From: an uncultured bacterium
GTDB lineage: Bacteria; CAYUVA01
Assembly (NCBI GenBank): GCA_964448115.1
Contig: CAYUVA010000037.1
Location: 1-47,869 of the forward strand
DNA length: 47,869 bases
Direction: 5' to 3'
The translations under genes were made by a program, and so were the position numbers. A model generated the notes under the pieces. It saw only the letters and a program-made list of their open reading frames with translations, did no database searches and was not told the DNA's origin. Positions 1-9,062 of this stretch are shown piece by piece (position 1 is the first letter of the stretch; every line of letters begins with the position of its first letter).

Positions 1-2
1 TA

Positions 3-473
3 GATAGAGAATTATTTTCAATGACTTACCTCACACCAAGATATACTATTGGTGGTAAAAAGAATCCATTATATCATTGGGTATATGAGGATTGTATCAG
101 GGATAATCCTCTTAATCCAGGGGTATGTGCTGACATCGCCAATTTGTATAATCAAGATTACCCATTTCGCATCACCTATCAAGGGGATGGCTGTGCGCAG
201 AGTGCATTTTTCAACACTGAGGCGATCAACCGCCGAGGGAGCTTTTATTCTTATGTTGAACCGCGTGTATCCATGTTCTATGTCAAATACCCAGATGCAT
301 CAATCTCAGGCATTCTCGGCATTCCCGATTGGGCTGAGGGAGGTCAGGCTGGTGAGGCGATTAAGGAACTTTGGTACACAATTAATGGCAGTCCGGATTG
401 GACGCAGGTTCACTGGTCTGAGCTTGCCGAATCGTCTGAAAATGGATACCAAATACCATCGGCGGGAAAATAG
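3..473 (+). CDS. Hypothetical protein, probably the 3' part of a gene starting left of the window
   Basis: The frame of ORF 21..473 is open back to position 3 (GAT AGA GAA TTA TTT TCA), so ATG 21 may be internal. No family motif recognised. Confidence 0.55.
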   Translation, partial: DRELFSMTYLTPRYTIGGKKNPLYHWVYEDCIRDNPLNPGVCADIANLYNQDYPFRITYQGDGCAQSAFFNTEAINRRGSFYSYVEPRVSMFYVKYPDASISGILGIPDWAEGGQAGEAIKELWYTINGSPDWTQVHWSELAESSENGYQIPSAGK

Positions 474-587
474 GCAGTGGAGCTAATCTGTATGGCGTAA
501 CAAATATCTTGGTACAGATGCAGGCAGGTCCATAATAGCACATCCGTTGCTCTTGAGATCAGATCTTATGCCAACTGCGATCTGATA

Positions 588-3029
588 TTAAATATTCCCT
601 GAACGCCATGCGAAGTATGCCCAGCGGATAAGGTTGGATAACCAGACGAAAAACGGTTTATTGGAGTGATATGGTATCACACCTTGCTCCTTGGGAACCT
701 CTTCTCCTATAATTTTCATTACTTCCCAGGTGTTACCACCCCTAATCGGTGGAGGCGAGACATCTTTCATAGGGGTTAACGACATGGTTACTGGATTGCT
801 CACAAAGGTAAGTTCACTGGCAACGCCGGGGAATTTTCTTCGCCTTACCATAGGAATCGTTCGCTTATCATATTTGAGAATCTCCTTTGTCAGGTTTCTG
901 ATGCTTGTCGCTGGCATCATAAAGATGCTGCACTGCACTCCTGCATCGATAAGAGAGCTTTTCCAGAAGATAAGCGGCTTGCGAATGAACCTCTTCGCTG
1001 CCTGCGTCCATAGCTGTTCGTTATTCAGATCGAGTCTATTTATCAATTTTGCGCTTAGCATCCATTTAAGCATGTCCCGTCTTGGACCGGCTATACAAAC
1101 GAAGGCATCTAGCGCTCTTATAATCCCCTCCATTATTTGAGCATCTGGGTCAAAGGATACACTGACACCCTTGTTTTTTGCCTCGTTTAGCAGCTTCTCT
1201 CGCTGATAGTCGGCGACTCGATTTACCTGCAAATAGACAGATATGGTGGTCAGGTGGGTAGCGGAGAAGATCCCCTTGCCGGTAAGCTCACGATGATAAA
1301 GCCCCAGCATAGTTGAATAAGCGCCGGCAAGCCCGGAGCCGATATCGATAACCGGCGTTGGCAGTAGCTTTGGTCGTCCATGCTTTCCGTAAGACATCTG
1401 GATGCCGCTGACTGCCTGCACAACCTGCTCGAAACCGGGGCGATCCTTCCATCCACCCTCATTACCATAAGCGTTAAGATGCGTATAGACCATGTCGGGG
1501 AAGCTAGCTCGAACCTTGTCCGGGTGAATGCCGAAGCGCTTTGCTATATCGAGGTGGCGGTAGTTCTGTATGAGCACATCCGGGTGATATTTCTCGATCA
1601 GCTTCCATAGTTTCTTTTGACCCTCCTCGGTAGTGAAGTTAAGCGAGGCTGATCGCTTGCCGGGATTGAACACCAGGTGGAATGATAGCGCCCAATCGAG
1701 GCTAGTCGGATTTTGCACCATCGTAACCTCGGCGCCGAACTCTGCCAGTACCCTTGCAGCGCAAGGACCAGCGATTACTCTTGAGAGATCGAGAACCTTT
1801 ATCCCCTGCAATGCGTGTTGCAACGATGCCTTTTCTTTTTGGGCAGTATTCATATTGCCTGGCGCAGATTCCCATTCCGCAAGTATTTTATTGACTGCCT
1901 GGTCATCAATGATTCGAGGCTTCAAGCATGGCGGGCGCTGGGGGGATATTGCCGCCGCCCCTGGATACATCGCCTCGCCGAATACTGGATCGGTGAGCTT
2001 GCAGACATCGGTCATGCCAGACTCATAGCTATCGATCAGCCACTCATCGATGGTGCGAACCTTGATACAGCAAAGCCGCTCCCCTAGCAATTTTTCCCAC
2101 TCATCGGCGCTTTTGGTAATGAAAATCTTCTCATAAGCTTTGCGTATCTGCTTGGCTTCAGGGATGCTCTTTACCTGGCTCGGATCCCGCAGTGTTTCCT
2201 CGGAGATGATTCCCCTAAGCTCAGCGATCTCACTTTTATAGCCCAGCTCTTCGAGCATATCCATTATCTGGGCAGCATGGAGCGGAAGTGTGATGTGAAG
2301 GTATATATAGCGCTTATCCTTGCATAGCCAGGGGCTCATGAATGGGGTGCCGATCATCTTCATAGGCAAAAAGCCTCTCGGCACACCAGTTTTGATCAGA
2401 ACCTGAAGAATTTGCGCAAAGATATTGGATCGAAATAAGGATGTCTCGATATTTTGTCCCCTGCCAATTTTCACCCGTGCTATAAGCGCTGCCACTATGG
2501 CATTTGCTGCCCAGAAGCCTGCCATTACCGACCCAATGGGGAAGTCATGGTACTGTGGCTTGCCAATAGGCTTGGCATACAAGAATCCCGCCATGCCAGC
2601 AATGCCCTCGTAATCGGGAAGATTAGCTCGTGGATCATCGGGTGGAAAGGGATCTATGCTGCAACTGATCAAGCCTGGATTGCTACCAGTTCTAATCTTA
2701 TCAAAGTCGATGCCGATTTGTTGCATTGTGCCCTGTGGACAGCCATCGATGACCACATCGGCGAGGCTAATTAGCCTCATCAGCCTATCCCTGCCATCAC
2801 CACATTGAAGATCGAGGTTGGTCTCAATTTTCCCTCTTGATAGTATAGCACTAAGTATAGGATCTCGATCAGGCTGTGATCTATCAATTATGCGTAGGAC
2901 TTGTGCTCCCTGCTCAGCGAGGAGCATTCCAACCAAAGGTGCTGCAATTCTTTGTCCTATCTCGACGACCCGCAAGCCTTGTAGTATAGGTTCCTGATTG
3001 TTTTTTGCAGATGCTTTTGCTTTAGGCAT
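588..3029 (-). CDS. Family III (CaiB/BaiF) CoA-transferase, two fused domains
   Basis: Two copies of the family N-terminal motif (LQGLRVVEIGQRIAAPLVGMLLAEQGA and LQGIKVLDLSRVIAGPCAARVLAEFGA), plus DVLIQNYR and AYGNEGGWKDRPGFEQVVQAVSG in the second half. Confidence 0.9.
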   Translation of the reverse strand: MPKAKASAKNNQEPILQGLRVVEIGQRIAAPLVGMLLAEQGAQVLRIIDRSQPDRDPILSAILSRGKIETNLDLQCGDGRDRLMRLISLADVVIDGCPQGTMQQIGIDFDKIRTGSNPGLISCSIDPFPPDDPRANLPDYEGIAGMAGFLYAKPIGKPQYHDFPIGSVMAGFWAANAIVAALIARVKIGRGQNIETSLFRSNIFAQILQVLIKTGVPRGFLPMKMIGTPFMSPWLCKDKRYIYLHITLPLHAAQIMDMLEELGYKSEIAELRGIISEETLRDPSQVKSIPEAKQIRKAYEKIFITKSADEWEKLLGERLCCIKVRTIDEWLIDSYESGMTDVCKLTDPVFGEAMYPGAAAISPQRPPCLKPRIIDDQAVNKILAEWESAPGNMNTAQKEKASLQHALQGIKVLDLSRVIAGPCAARVLAEFGAEVTMVQNPTSLDWALSFHLVFNPGKRSASLNFTTEEGQKKLWKLIEKYHPDVLIQNYRHLDIAKRFGIHPDKVRASFPDMVYTHLNAYGNEGGWKDRPGFEQVVQAVSGIQMSYGKHGRPKLLPTPVIDIGSGLAGAYSTMLGLYHRELTGKGIFSATHLTTISVYLQVNRVADYQREKLLNEAKNKGVSVSFDPDAQIMEGIIRALDAFVCIAGPRRDMLKWMLSAKLINRLDLNNEQLWTQAAKRFIRKPLIFWKSSLIDAGVQCSIFMMPATSIRNLTKEILKYDKRTIPMVRRRKFPGVASELTFVSNPVTMSLTPMKDVSPPPIRGGNTWEVMKIIGEEVPKEQGVIPYHSNKPFFVWLSNLIRWAYFAWRSGNI

Positions 3030-3121
3030 AATATTTATCTCCCATTACATAAAGTGAAGATTATATTGGCTATATGCAGTTAGTCAAGCAATTTAGTTTG
3101 AACTATTACACTAGTTTAATC

Positions 3122-3150
3122 TTGACATGTAAATAGAACTGTATTATATT
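3122..3150 (+). promoter_or_regulatory. Sigma70-type promoter of the gntR-ABC operon
   Basis: TTGACA (3122-3127), 17 nt spacer, TATATT (3145-3150), just upstream of ATG 3173. Confidence 0.7.
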
Positions 3151-3160
3151 AACTAGTACA
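3140..3160. promoter_or_regulatory. YtrA/GntR-type operator palindrome
   Basis: TGTATTA-N7-TAGTACA (one mismatch) overlaps the -10 box. It resembles the TGTA...TACA autoregulatory sites of YtrA-subfamily regulators. Confidence 0.65.
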
Positions 3161-3172
3161 ATTAGAACACTG

Positions 3173-3559
3173 ATGTTTATATGGAAATTAGTTGAACATT
3201 CTGCAGAGCCTATCTATCGACAGATTATGCAGATGATAAAGTACGACATAGCTGTCGGTCGTTTAAGTACTGGCGATCGCCTACCCTCGATTAGAACTCT
3301 TGCCCTGCACCTGAAGGTTAACCCTAATACAATTGCCAGGGCATATAGTGAATTGGAGAGGGAAGGGATTATTGTAACCCGACAAGGAAGTGGAGCCTAT
3401 GTGGCTAGGGTAATCTCCAGATTCAAGACTAGGGAGTCGCGCAGTATCATTAAGGAAATGCTGAGTAAGGTCATCATTGAGGCATACCATTTAGGGATGA
3501 GAAAAGACGAGATCATCGCTCTATTCAAAGAGAAGATTCAAGATATCTATCGCCAATAA
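3173..3559 (+). CDS. GntR family transcriptional regulator, YtrA subfamily
   Basis: PIYRQI...GDRLPSIRTLALHLKVNPNTIARAYSELEREG...RQGSGAYV, short C-terminus, followed by an ABC ATPase. Confidence 0.95.
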   Translation: MFIWKLVEHSAEPIYRQIMQMIKYDIAVGRLSTGDRLPSIRTLALHLKVNPNTIARAYSELEREGIIVTRQGSGAYVARVISRFKTRESRSIIKEMLSKVIIEAYHLGMRKDEIIALFKEKIQDIYRQ

Positions 3560-3572
3560 ATGGAGACTCCAG

Positions 3573-4496
3573 ATGGAAAGAAATGACTATGTAATCGAGA
3601 TAAACAACCTTACCAAGAGTTATGGGAAAAAAGTAGTCCTCGATGACATAAATCTGATGATAAATTATGGTGAAACAGTCGGCTTGATCGGCAGAAACAG
3701 CGCCGGGAAGACGACCATCATGAACATCCTTCTTGGAAATCTTAAGTTTGATAAAGGGAATGTAAAAATCCTGGGAAAGGATCCCTTCAAGAATAATGTC
3801 TGGCTTAAGGAAAAGATCGGCTTCGTTCCAGAACGACCTAGCTTCTACCGTTGGATCAAGATTGGAGACCTTATTCGCTTTGTGGAATCCTTCTATCAAG
3901 ATTGGGACAGAAAGAGAGAGAACCTTTTTCTTGAGAGATTCGATCTATGCCCAAAGCAAAAGATATCAACCCTGTCCCGAGGAGAACTAGCCAAAGTTAG
4001 TCTTTTATTGGTATTTGCAAGAACCCCAGAGACTATACTGCTAGATGATCCCGCGCTAGGTCTGGATTATGTGTCCAGAAAGGAGATTATCGAGATACTT
4101 ATAGATCTGATAGCCGAACGAAGAAGAAATATCCTCATTTCGAGCCATTTTTTAGATGATCTTGAAAGGATTATTGATCGTGTAGCTATTCTACATCAAG
4201 GAAAAGTTGTTCTCTTTGAATCAATGGAGACGCTGGCGAACGAGGCTAGGCTTATAAGGATCCATAATAATGACCAGCTCAATCATCAAGTTAGAGATGC
4301 GGCAGATATATTAAAAAGCTATCCATGGGGTTATGAGATTATATGTTTTTCCAAGAAGAGAGATATTGAGGAGATGGCTAAAAAATATTATGGGGACGAT
4401 TTCAGCATCCACAGCATGACCTTGGGGGATATTTTCGAGGCGTTAACCTCGCAAGGAGAAAAATGGTGGCATCGGGAGGGAAATGATGTCTCGTAA
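3573..4496 (+). CDS. ABC transporter ATP-binding protein (YtrB-like)
   Basis: Walker A GRNSAGKTT, signature LSRGE, Walker B ILLDDP, H-loop SSH. Confidence 0.93.
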   Translation: MERNDYVIEINNLTKSYGKKVVLDDINLMINYGETVGLIGRNSAGKTTIMNILLGNLKFDKGNVKILGKDPFKNNVWLKEKIGFVPERPSFYRWIKIGDLIRFVESFYQDWDRKRENLFLERFDLCPKQKISTLSRGELAKVSLLLVFARTPETILLDDPALGLDYVSRKEIIEILIDLIAERRRNILISSHFLDDLERIIDRVAILHQGKVVLFESMETLANEARLIRIHNNDQLNHQVRDAADILKSYPWGYEIICFSKKRDIEEMAKKYYGDDFSIHSMTLGDIFEALTSQGEKWWHREGNDVS

Positions 4497-6519
4497 TTTG
4501 AATATACTTAAAAAAGAGCTACTCCAAAACAGCGGCATAATATTGACTTCATTAGGGATATCAAGCTCATTGATAATTCTGGGCAGCCTTATCATCAATT
4601 TAAAAGGGTCAAAGGGGATAGAAAGCTTTTGGGATGCAGATTTTATAGGATTTCTTTTATATTTCACTGGTTTTTTATTACTAATTTTTACGATTGCAAT
4701 TCCTGGAAGCGTTAGCTTTACTGATGAGGAAAAGGATAATGTTTTTAGTCTAATTTATTTACTTCCTAATGGTTTAAATAGGTTGTCAAAAATAAAATTT
4801 ATTGCAGCCCTAATTAAAGCCTATATTATTTATATTGTCGGACTATATTTTTCATTTTTCATTATTTTTCTATTTTTTAATAAATCAGACTTTTTCTTTT
4901 ATCAATGGATTGGGTTTCCCCTAGTATATATAATTACTCATTTTGCACATATTTTTTCTTTAGAATATAAAAATGGTCTTTTATCTATGTTTATTTCGAT
5001 TATCATCTGCATATTTTTTATATTATTTTATTTATTTTTTGTTTGCGCAAATTTTTATGCAGAAGTAAGCAAAATATTCTTTTTTTTAATTTTATTTTTA
5101 TTGATATTTGAATTTTTATTATATAATAAATTAATAATTAACAATAATACTATTTTTATATTTATTTACAGATTTTTTGTGCTAATATTTATTGTGTTAT
5201 TTAGCATTGCGATAATGATATTTGTTCAAAGTTTTTTAATTCATAAATTTATTAAAAAAGAGCCTGAAACAATAGAATTATGTCGTGGTACAGACAAAGG
5301 TAAGGGAATAATCTACACATCCTGGGGAAATCTTTATCATCTTGATATCAATAAAGCAAAACTAACTTTAAAAAGTCCCAGTCTTAGAATCCATAATCCT
5401 TTTTTTGATAGGGATTATGTTATATCAGAAAATGGAAAATATGCCTATGAAATAACTCCCAACTATTTTATGTTATTTGGACCACCATATCTTTATAAAA
5501 GATACTTAGACGATGATAATTTCATTTATGTTGATAACATATTTTATATGCCTCATCCATTAAGGTTTAATATATCATCAATAGATATCGAAACAGGAAA
5601 TAATTTAACTAATATTACGATTGAAAATAAAATGAATACTAAATATTACTATTGTCTTTTAAAATCATTACGATATAATCTAATACATTATCAAAATAAT
5701 ATCTTATTATATAACAATAATATTAATGTTTTTCAATATATTAAAATAAAAAATGAATTAATGAATTTTATGGTATCTAAAATGATAAATAAAGATATTA
5801 TTGTATTCGTAAAAGACAGCAAATATACTTATAGACAGGAAATTCTATTATATTCCTTGAGACAGCAAAAAATATTAAAAACATTTAATATTATTAATTA
5901 TAATAATATAATATTATATAATAATAAAATATTAATATCAGGACCATCTAAAATATCATTATACAATATAAATGAAACTAGATTAATTAAGGATGTAAAA
6001 TCTAAGGAAATATTTAAACTAAATACCCTTATAAGAAAATTGGGAAATGATATTGTAATATATGACCTTAATTTAAATATTGTAAACAATATTGATAATA
6101 TATGTCATATAAAAAATCCAGTATTATATAATTTTAATAGAATAAATAGAGCCCAAATTGATAATATATTTGTAGTTGAAATAAATAAAGAGAAAAAAGT
6201 ATATGATTATTATTTATATGATAAAGAAAAAAATAACTTATATAATATATTTAAATCATATAATTTTTACTTTATAGAAATATCAAATGGTAAAAAATAC
6301 ATCGCATTCTTTAACGAATATGACTCACTACCTATTAAAGTAATTGACTTAACTGGGAATGTCATCGCAGAGATTTCACCACAATATTCAACTCCATATT
6401 GGTTTGGAAACAGATACTTGATATTAAAAAGAAAGAATGAGGATTTTGGTAAAAGTATCGATTACTTTGATATAAAAGATAAGCAGATAAAAACAATAAA
6501 TATCAATAAAATCAATTAA
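4483..6519 (+). CDS. Putative ABC permease with a large soluble C-terminal (possibly beta-propeller) domain; extremely AT-rich
   Basis: Overlaps the ATPase stop. ILKKEL start and SFTDEEKDNVFSLIYLLP...KIKF permease-like motif, several hydrophobic segments, then a long N/I/K/Y-rich region. Open for 678 codons. Confidence 0.7.
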   Translation: MMSRNLNILKKELLQNSGIILTSLGISSSLIILGSLIINLKGSKGIESFWDADFIGFLLYFTGFLLLIFTIAIPGSVSFTDEEKDNVFSLIYLLPNGLNRLSKIKFIAALIKAYIIYIVGLYFSFFIIFLFFNKSDFFFYQWIGFPLVYIITHFAHIFSLEYKNGLLSMFISIIICIFFILFYLFFVCANFYAEVSKIFFFLILFLLIFEFLLYNKLIINNNTIFIFIYRFFVLIFIVLFSIAIMIFVQSFLIHKFIKKEPETIELCRGTDKGKGIIYTSWGNLYHLDINKAKLTLKSPSLRIHNPFFDRDYVISENGKYAYEITPNYFMLFGPPYLYKRYLDDDNFIYVDNIFYMPHPLRFNISSIDIETGNNLTNITIENKMNTKYYYCLLKSLRYNLIHYQNNILLYNNNINVFQYIKIKNELMNFMVSKMINKDIIVFVKDSKYTYRQEILLYSLRQQKILKTFNIINYNNIILYNNKILISGPSKISLYNINETRLIKDVKSKEIFKLNTLIRKLGNDIVIYDLNLNIVNNIDNICHIKNPVLYNFNRINRAQIDNIFVVEINKEKKVYDYYLYDKEKNNLYNIFKSYNFYFIEISNGKKYIAFFNEYDSLPIKVIDLTGNVIAEISPQYSTPYWFGNRYLILKRKNEDFGKSIDYFDIKDKQIKTININKIN

Positions 6520-6520
6520 A

Positions 6521-8950
6521 TCATTTTAACATCAGCCTTAGGAATATCCCTGCCAGCAGGTAAATCACGATGCCGATAAGGCAAACCGCAGTGAAGCCCA
6601 TATTAACCGCCAGGATGATCGCTAAGGTTGAACCTAAAATGCTGGTCGCTCCGTTCATCGCCCATGCCCAAGGAATCAAGGATGCATTGACATCGCCCAG
6701 ATACCTGATCCCGCTAGGGAATAACATGCCCATAAAAAATCCTGCGGGGAAAATTAAAATTACGCTCAGGAGCACCTTGAAGCCAAGATTCATGCTAATC
6801 AACCAATAAAATAGATAATGCTTCATTGGCAGATACAAAAGCAATCCCAGGCACAGAATAAATGGAATGTATGACAAAAAAGCGCCTGCTTTTATCTGCA
6901 ACCGCTCGGCAAACCAACTCCCCAAGCCAGTGAAGATAAGCAGCGAAAATAAAACTACAGATAGCGAATATAGCGGGTGTCCCAAGAAAAATATGAAGCT
7001 ATGGATGAAAAATATCTCGATCAGCATGAAGCCTAGTCCCAAACATGAAAAATAAAGCAACGGCGCCCACAGAGAACTGCCACTACCCTGCGTCCGGCGC
7101 CTTAGCCAAAGGGGAGCTACCAGAAACAGGATAACTACCACTACCAGCCCGAAGAATAACACGAAAAGCCAATTGGCAACCTGGTTGAACAATCCCCATA
7201 ATATGTTCTCCTTCAGATGACCATCCAACAGGCGGGTGAAGAAATACCAGGGCTTCACTGCATAAAAAAAGAATGGCTTGTCATCTACCGTTGGGCTGAT
7301 GTCGAACTCATAGTGCTTTATGAAGCGCTTTGGATGCACGCTTGATATCAGTCTTGAGCTGGGATGTTCGCTATCCTGTCCTGGAAGATGAAATATCTTG
7401 AACCTTAAAGTCTCAGCCTTATCCTTAAGCAGCTCGATTTCGTCCTCGGTGAATGGAGTGCGCTTTACTATAAATACCGCCTTGCCGTTAATGGCTCGAG
7501 TTGCACGCGAGCTAGGCAGCGGATTCTGCAGGATTGCTATGTGAGCCTGTGGATTGTCGATTCCCATTTCTCTCAGTGCTTCAATGGCAATGGCTGCCAG
7601 GCGTGGTATGGTGCGCGGCTGCTTGAGGCTGTGCCGGGTGATGCTCAGGATGCCAGTTGGCTTCAGGTGCTCAAGGTAATCGACGAACGCCTCCACCGTG
7701 TATATGTAATTCTCGGAGAGGGCAAAGGCACCGGCGAGCGTTGCTGCTGAGGTATCCACCATGGGGACATGGATGATATCGTATTTTTTCTTGCTCCTTT
7801 GGATGAAGCTGCGCCCTTCCTCGATATATAATGAAGCCCTTGTATCGTAGAATAATCTACCAGAATAATCGGCAAAGTATTCGGATAAATAACCTATGGT
7901 AGGATTTATCTCCACCGCATCGACATGTCTGCTGCCCAGAAGCAAAGCTACCAGCACATCCCGACCTCCCCCGGGACCGATGATCAGGACATCAGCGTTT
8001 CTTTTAAGATAATAGGGTAGCGAGTTGATATCGTATCTTAAAAATTGGATGGCAGACTCATTGTAGTCCCCGGAAAACTTGATTATCGGCGTGTAGGCAA
8101 AGGTGTCGATCCAGACGCCTAGAGTGTCGGGAAGCTCTCCTTGATAAACGACACTCAAGCCCTCCACATCAGGATTGGCGAAGCGCTCGGTTACATTGAC
8201 CCTGGAGAAGGCATCCCAGCGAGTATATATATTGTATTCCTGAGTCATCCCCCTTGCATATCTAAGCGGTGTGAAGGGAAACAGCTTATCGATGGCGATT
8301 AGTCCCAGGCAGAGAGCCATGATAACCAGGGCTGCTATTGATTTATGCTTCGAGCCGGCTAGGCTGCCGAGAAAGAATGCACTAAGCGCACCTAGTGCAG
8401 CTATCAGAAACAGGCTGCACAAGCCACCGAGAAGGTTCATGGTGAGTATCACGGCTAGACATCCCAAGCCAGCTCCCAGCAGATCGAAAAAATATATCCG
8501 ATTTACATGAGAGCTGAGGTGGTACAAGACCAGGCTTATGATCAGTCCGCTTAAGAAAAAGGGCGCAATGAACAGGAGGCTCAGCACCAATAGCGATGCA
8601 AATATATTATGGCTGGGAGAGAAGCTCGAGGTATCCATCACCCCAGGAAAATACATCCGGGGAACGATGAAGGTGGGGATTATGGTGAATATCGAAGACA
8701 ATAGAGCAAAGGTCGATACCTGTTTATATAACTTTTCAGTGGTAAAATATTCCTTGAAGACATATACCATAATGCCGCTAGCCCCCATGCCTATAAGCGC
8801 TAGCGATATGGCCATGAAGGCGAAGTGATAGAGGATCACAGCCGAAAAGACCCTGGTCAGCACTAACTCAAGCATCAAGGTCGATAGACAAAGAAAAAAG
8901 ATGCCCCGATATACCCTGGGATCGAGTCTTGCCTTGCTTGTTATATTCAT
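6521..8950 (-). CDS. Membrane protein with a central spermidine-synthase-like SAM-binding domain
   Basis: TM bundles at both ends flank VLIIGPGGGRDV...VDAVEINP...EEGRSFI...KYDII...YTVEAFVDYLEHLKPTG. Confidence 0.85.
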   Translation of the reverse strand: MNITSKARLDPRVYRGIFFLCLSTLMLELVLTRVFSAVILYHFAFMAISLALIGMGASGIMVYVFKEYFTTEKLYKQVSTFALLSSIFTIIPTFIVPRMYFPGVMDTSSFSPSHNIFASLLVLSLLFIAPFFLSGLIISLVLYHLSSHVNRIYFFDLLGAGLGCLAVILTMNLLGGLCSLFLIAALGALSAFFLGSLAGSKHKSIAALVIMALCLGLIAIDKLFPFTPLRYARGMTQEYNIYTRWDAFSRVNVTERFANPDVEGLSVVYQGELPDTLGVWIDTFAYTPIIKFSGDYNESAIQFLRYDINSLPYYLKRNADVLIIGPGGGRDVLVALLLGSRHVDAVEINPTIGYLSEYFADYSGRLFYDTRASLYIEEGRSFIQRSKKKYDIIHVPMVDTSAATLAGAFALSENYIYTVEAFVDYLEHLKPTGILSITRHSLKQPRTIPRLAAIAIEALREMGIDNPQAHIAILQNPLPSSRATRAINGKAVFIVKRTPFTEDEIELLKDKAETLRFKIFHLPGQDSEHPSSRLISSVHPKRFIKHYEFDISPTVDDKPFFFYAVKPWYFFTRLLDGHLKENILWGLFNQVANWLFVLFFGLVVVVILFLVAPLWLRRRTQGSGSSLWAPLLYFSCLGLGFMLIEIFFIHSFIFFLGHPLYSLSVVLFSLLIFTGLGSWFAERLQIKAGAFLSYIPFILCLGLLLYLPMKHYLFYWLISMNLGFKVLLSVILIFPAGFFMGMLFPSGIRYLGDVNASLIPWAWAMNGATSILGSTLAIILAVNMGFTAVCLIGIVIYLLAGIFLRLMLK

Positions 8951-9062
8951 CCTATTATTGAAGGATTAACCCTTGGTGTCTTAGTCAGCGCCATTATAAA
9001 CGCTTAAGGTAAAAAAATAAAAAAGGATATCGAGATCCATCGATTGTCAACAACTACCATGT

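Noticed and set aside
49-486. Alternative-frame 145 aa ORF
   Set aside because: It overlaps the more protein-like frame 3..473 and has no RBS or motif support.
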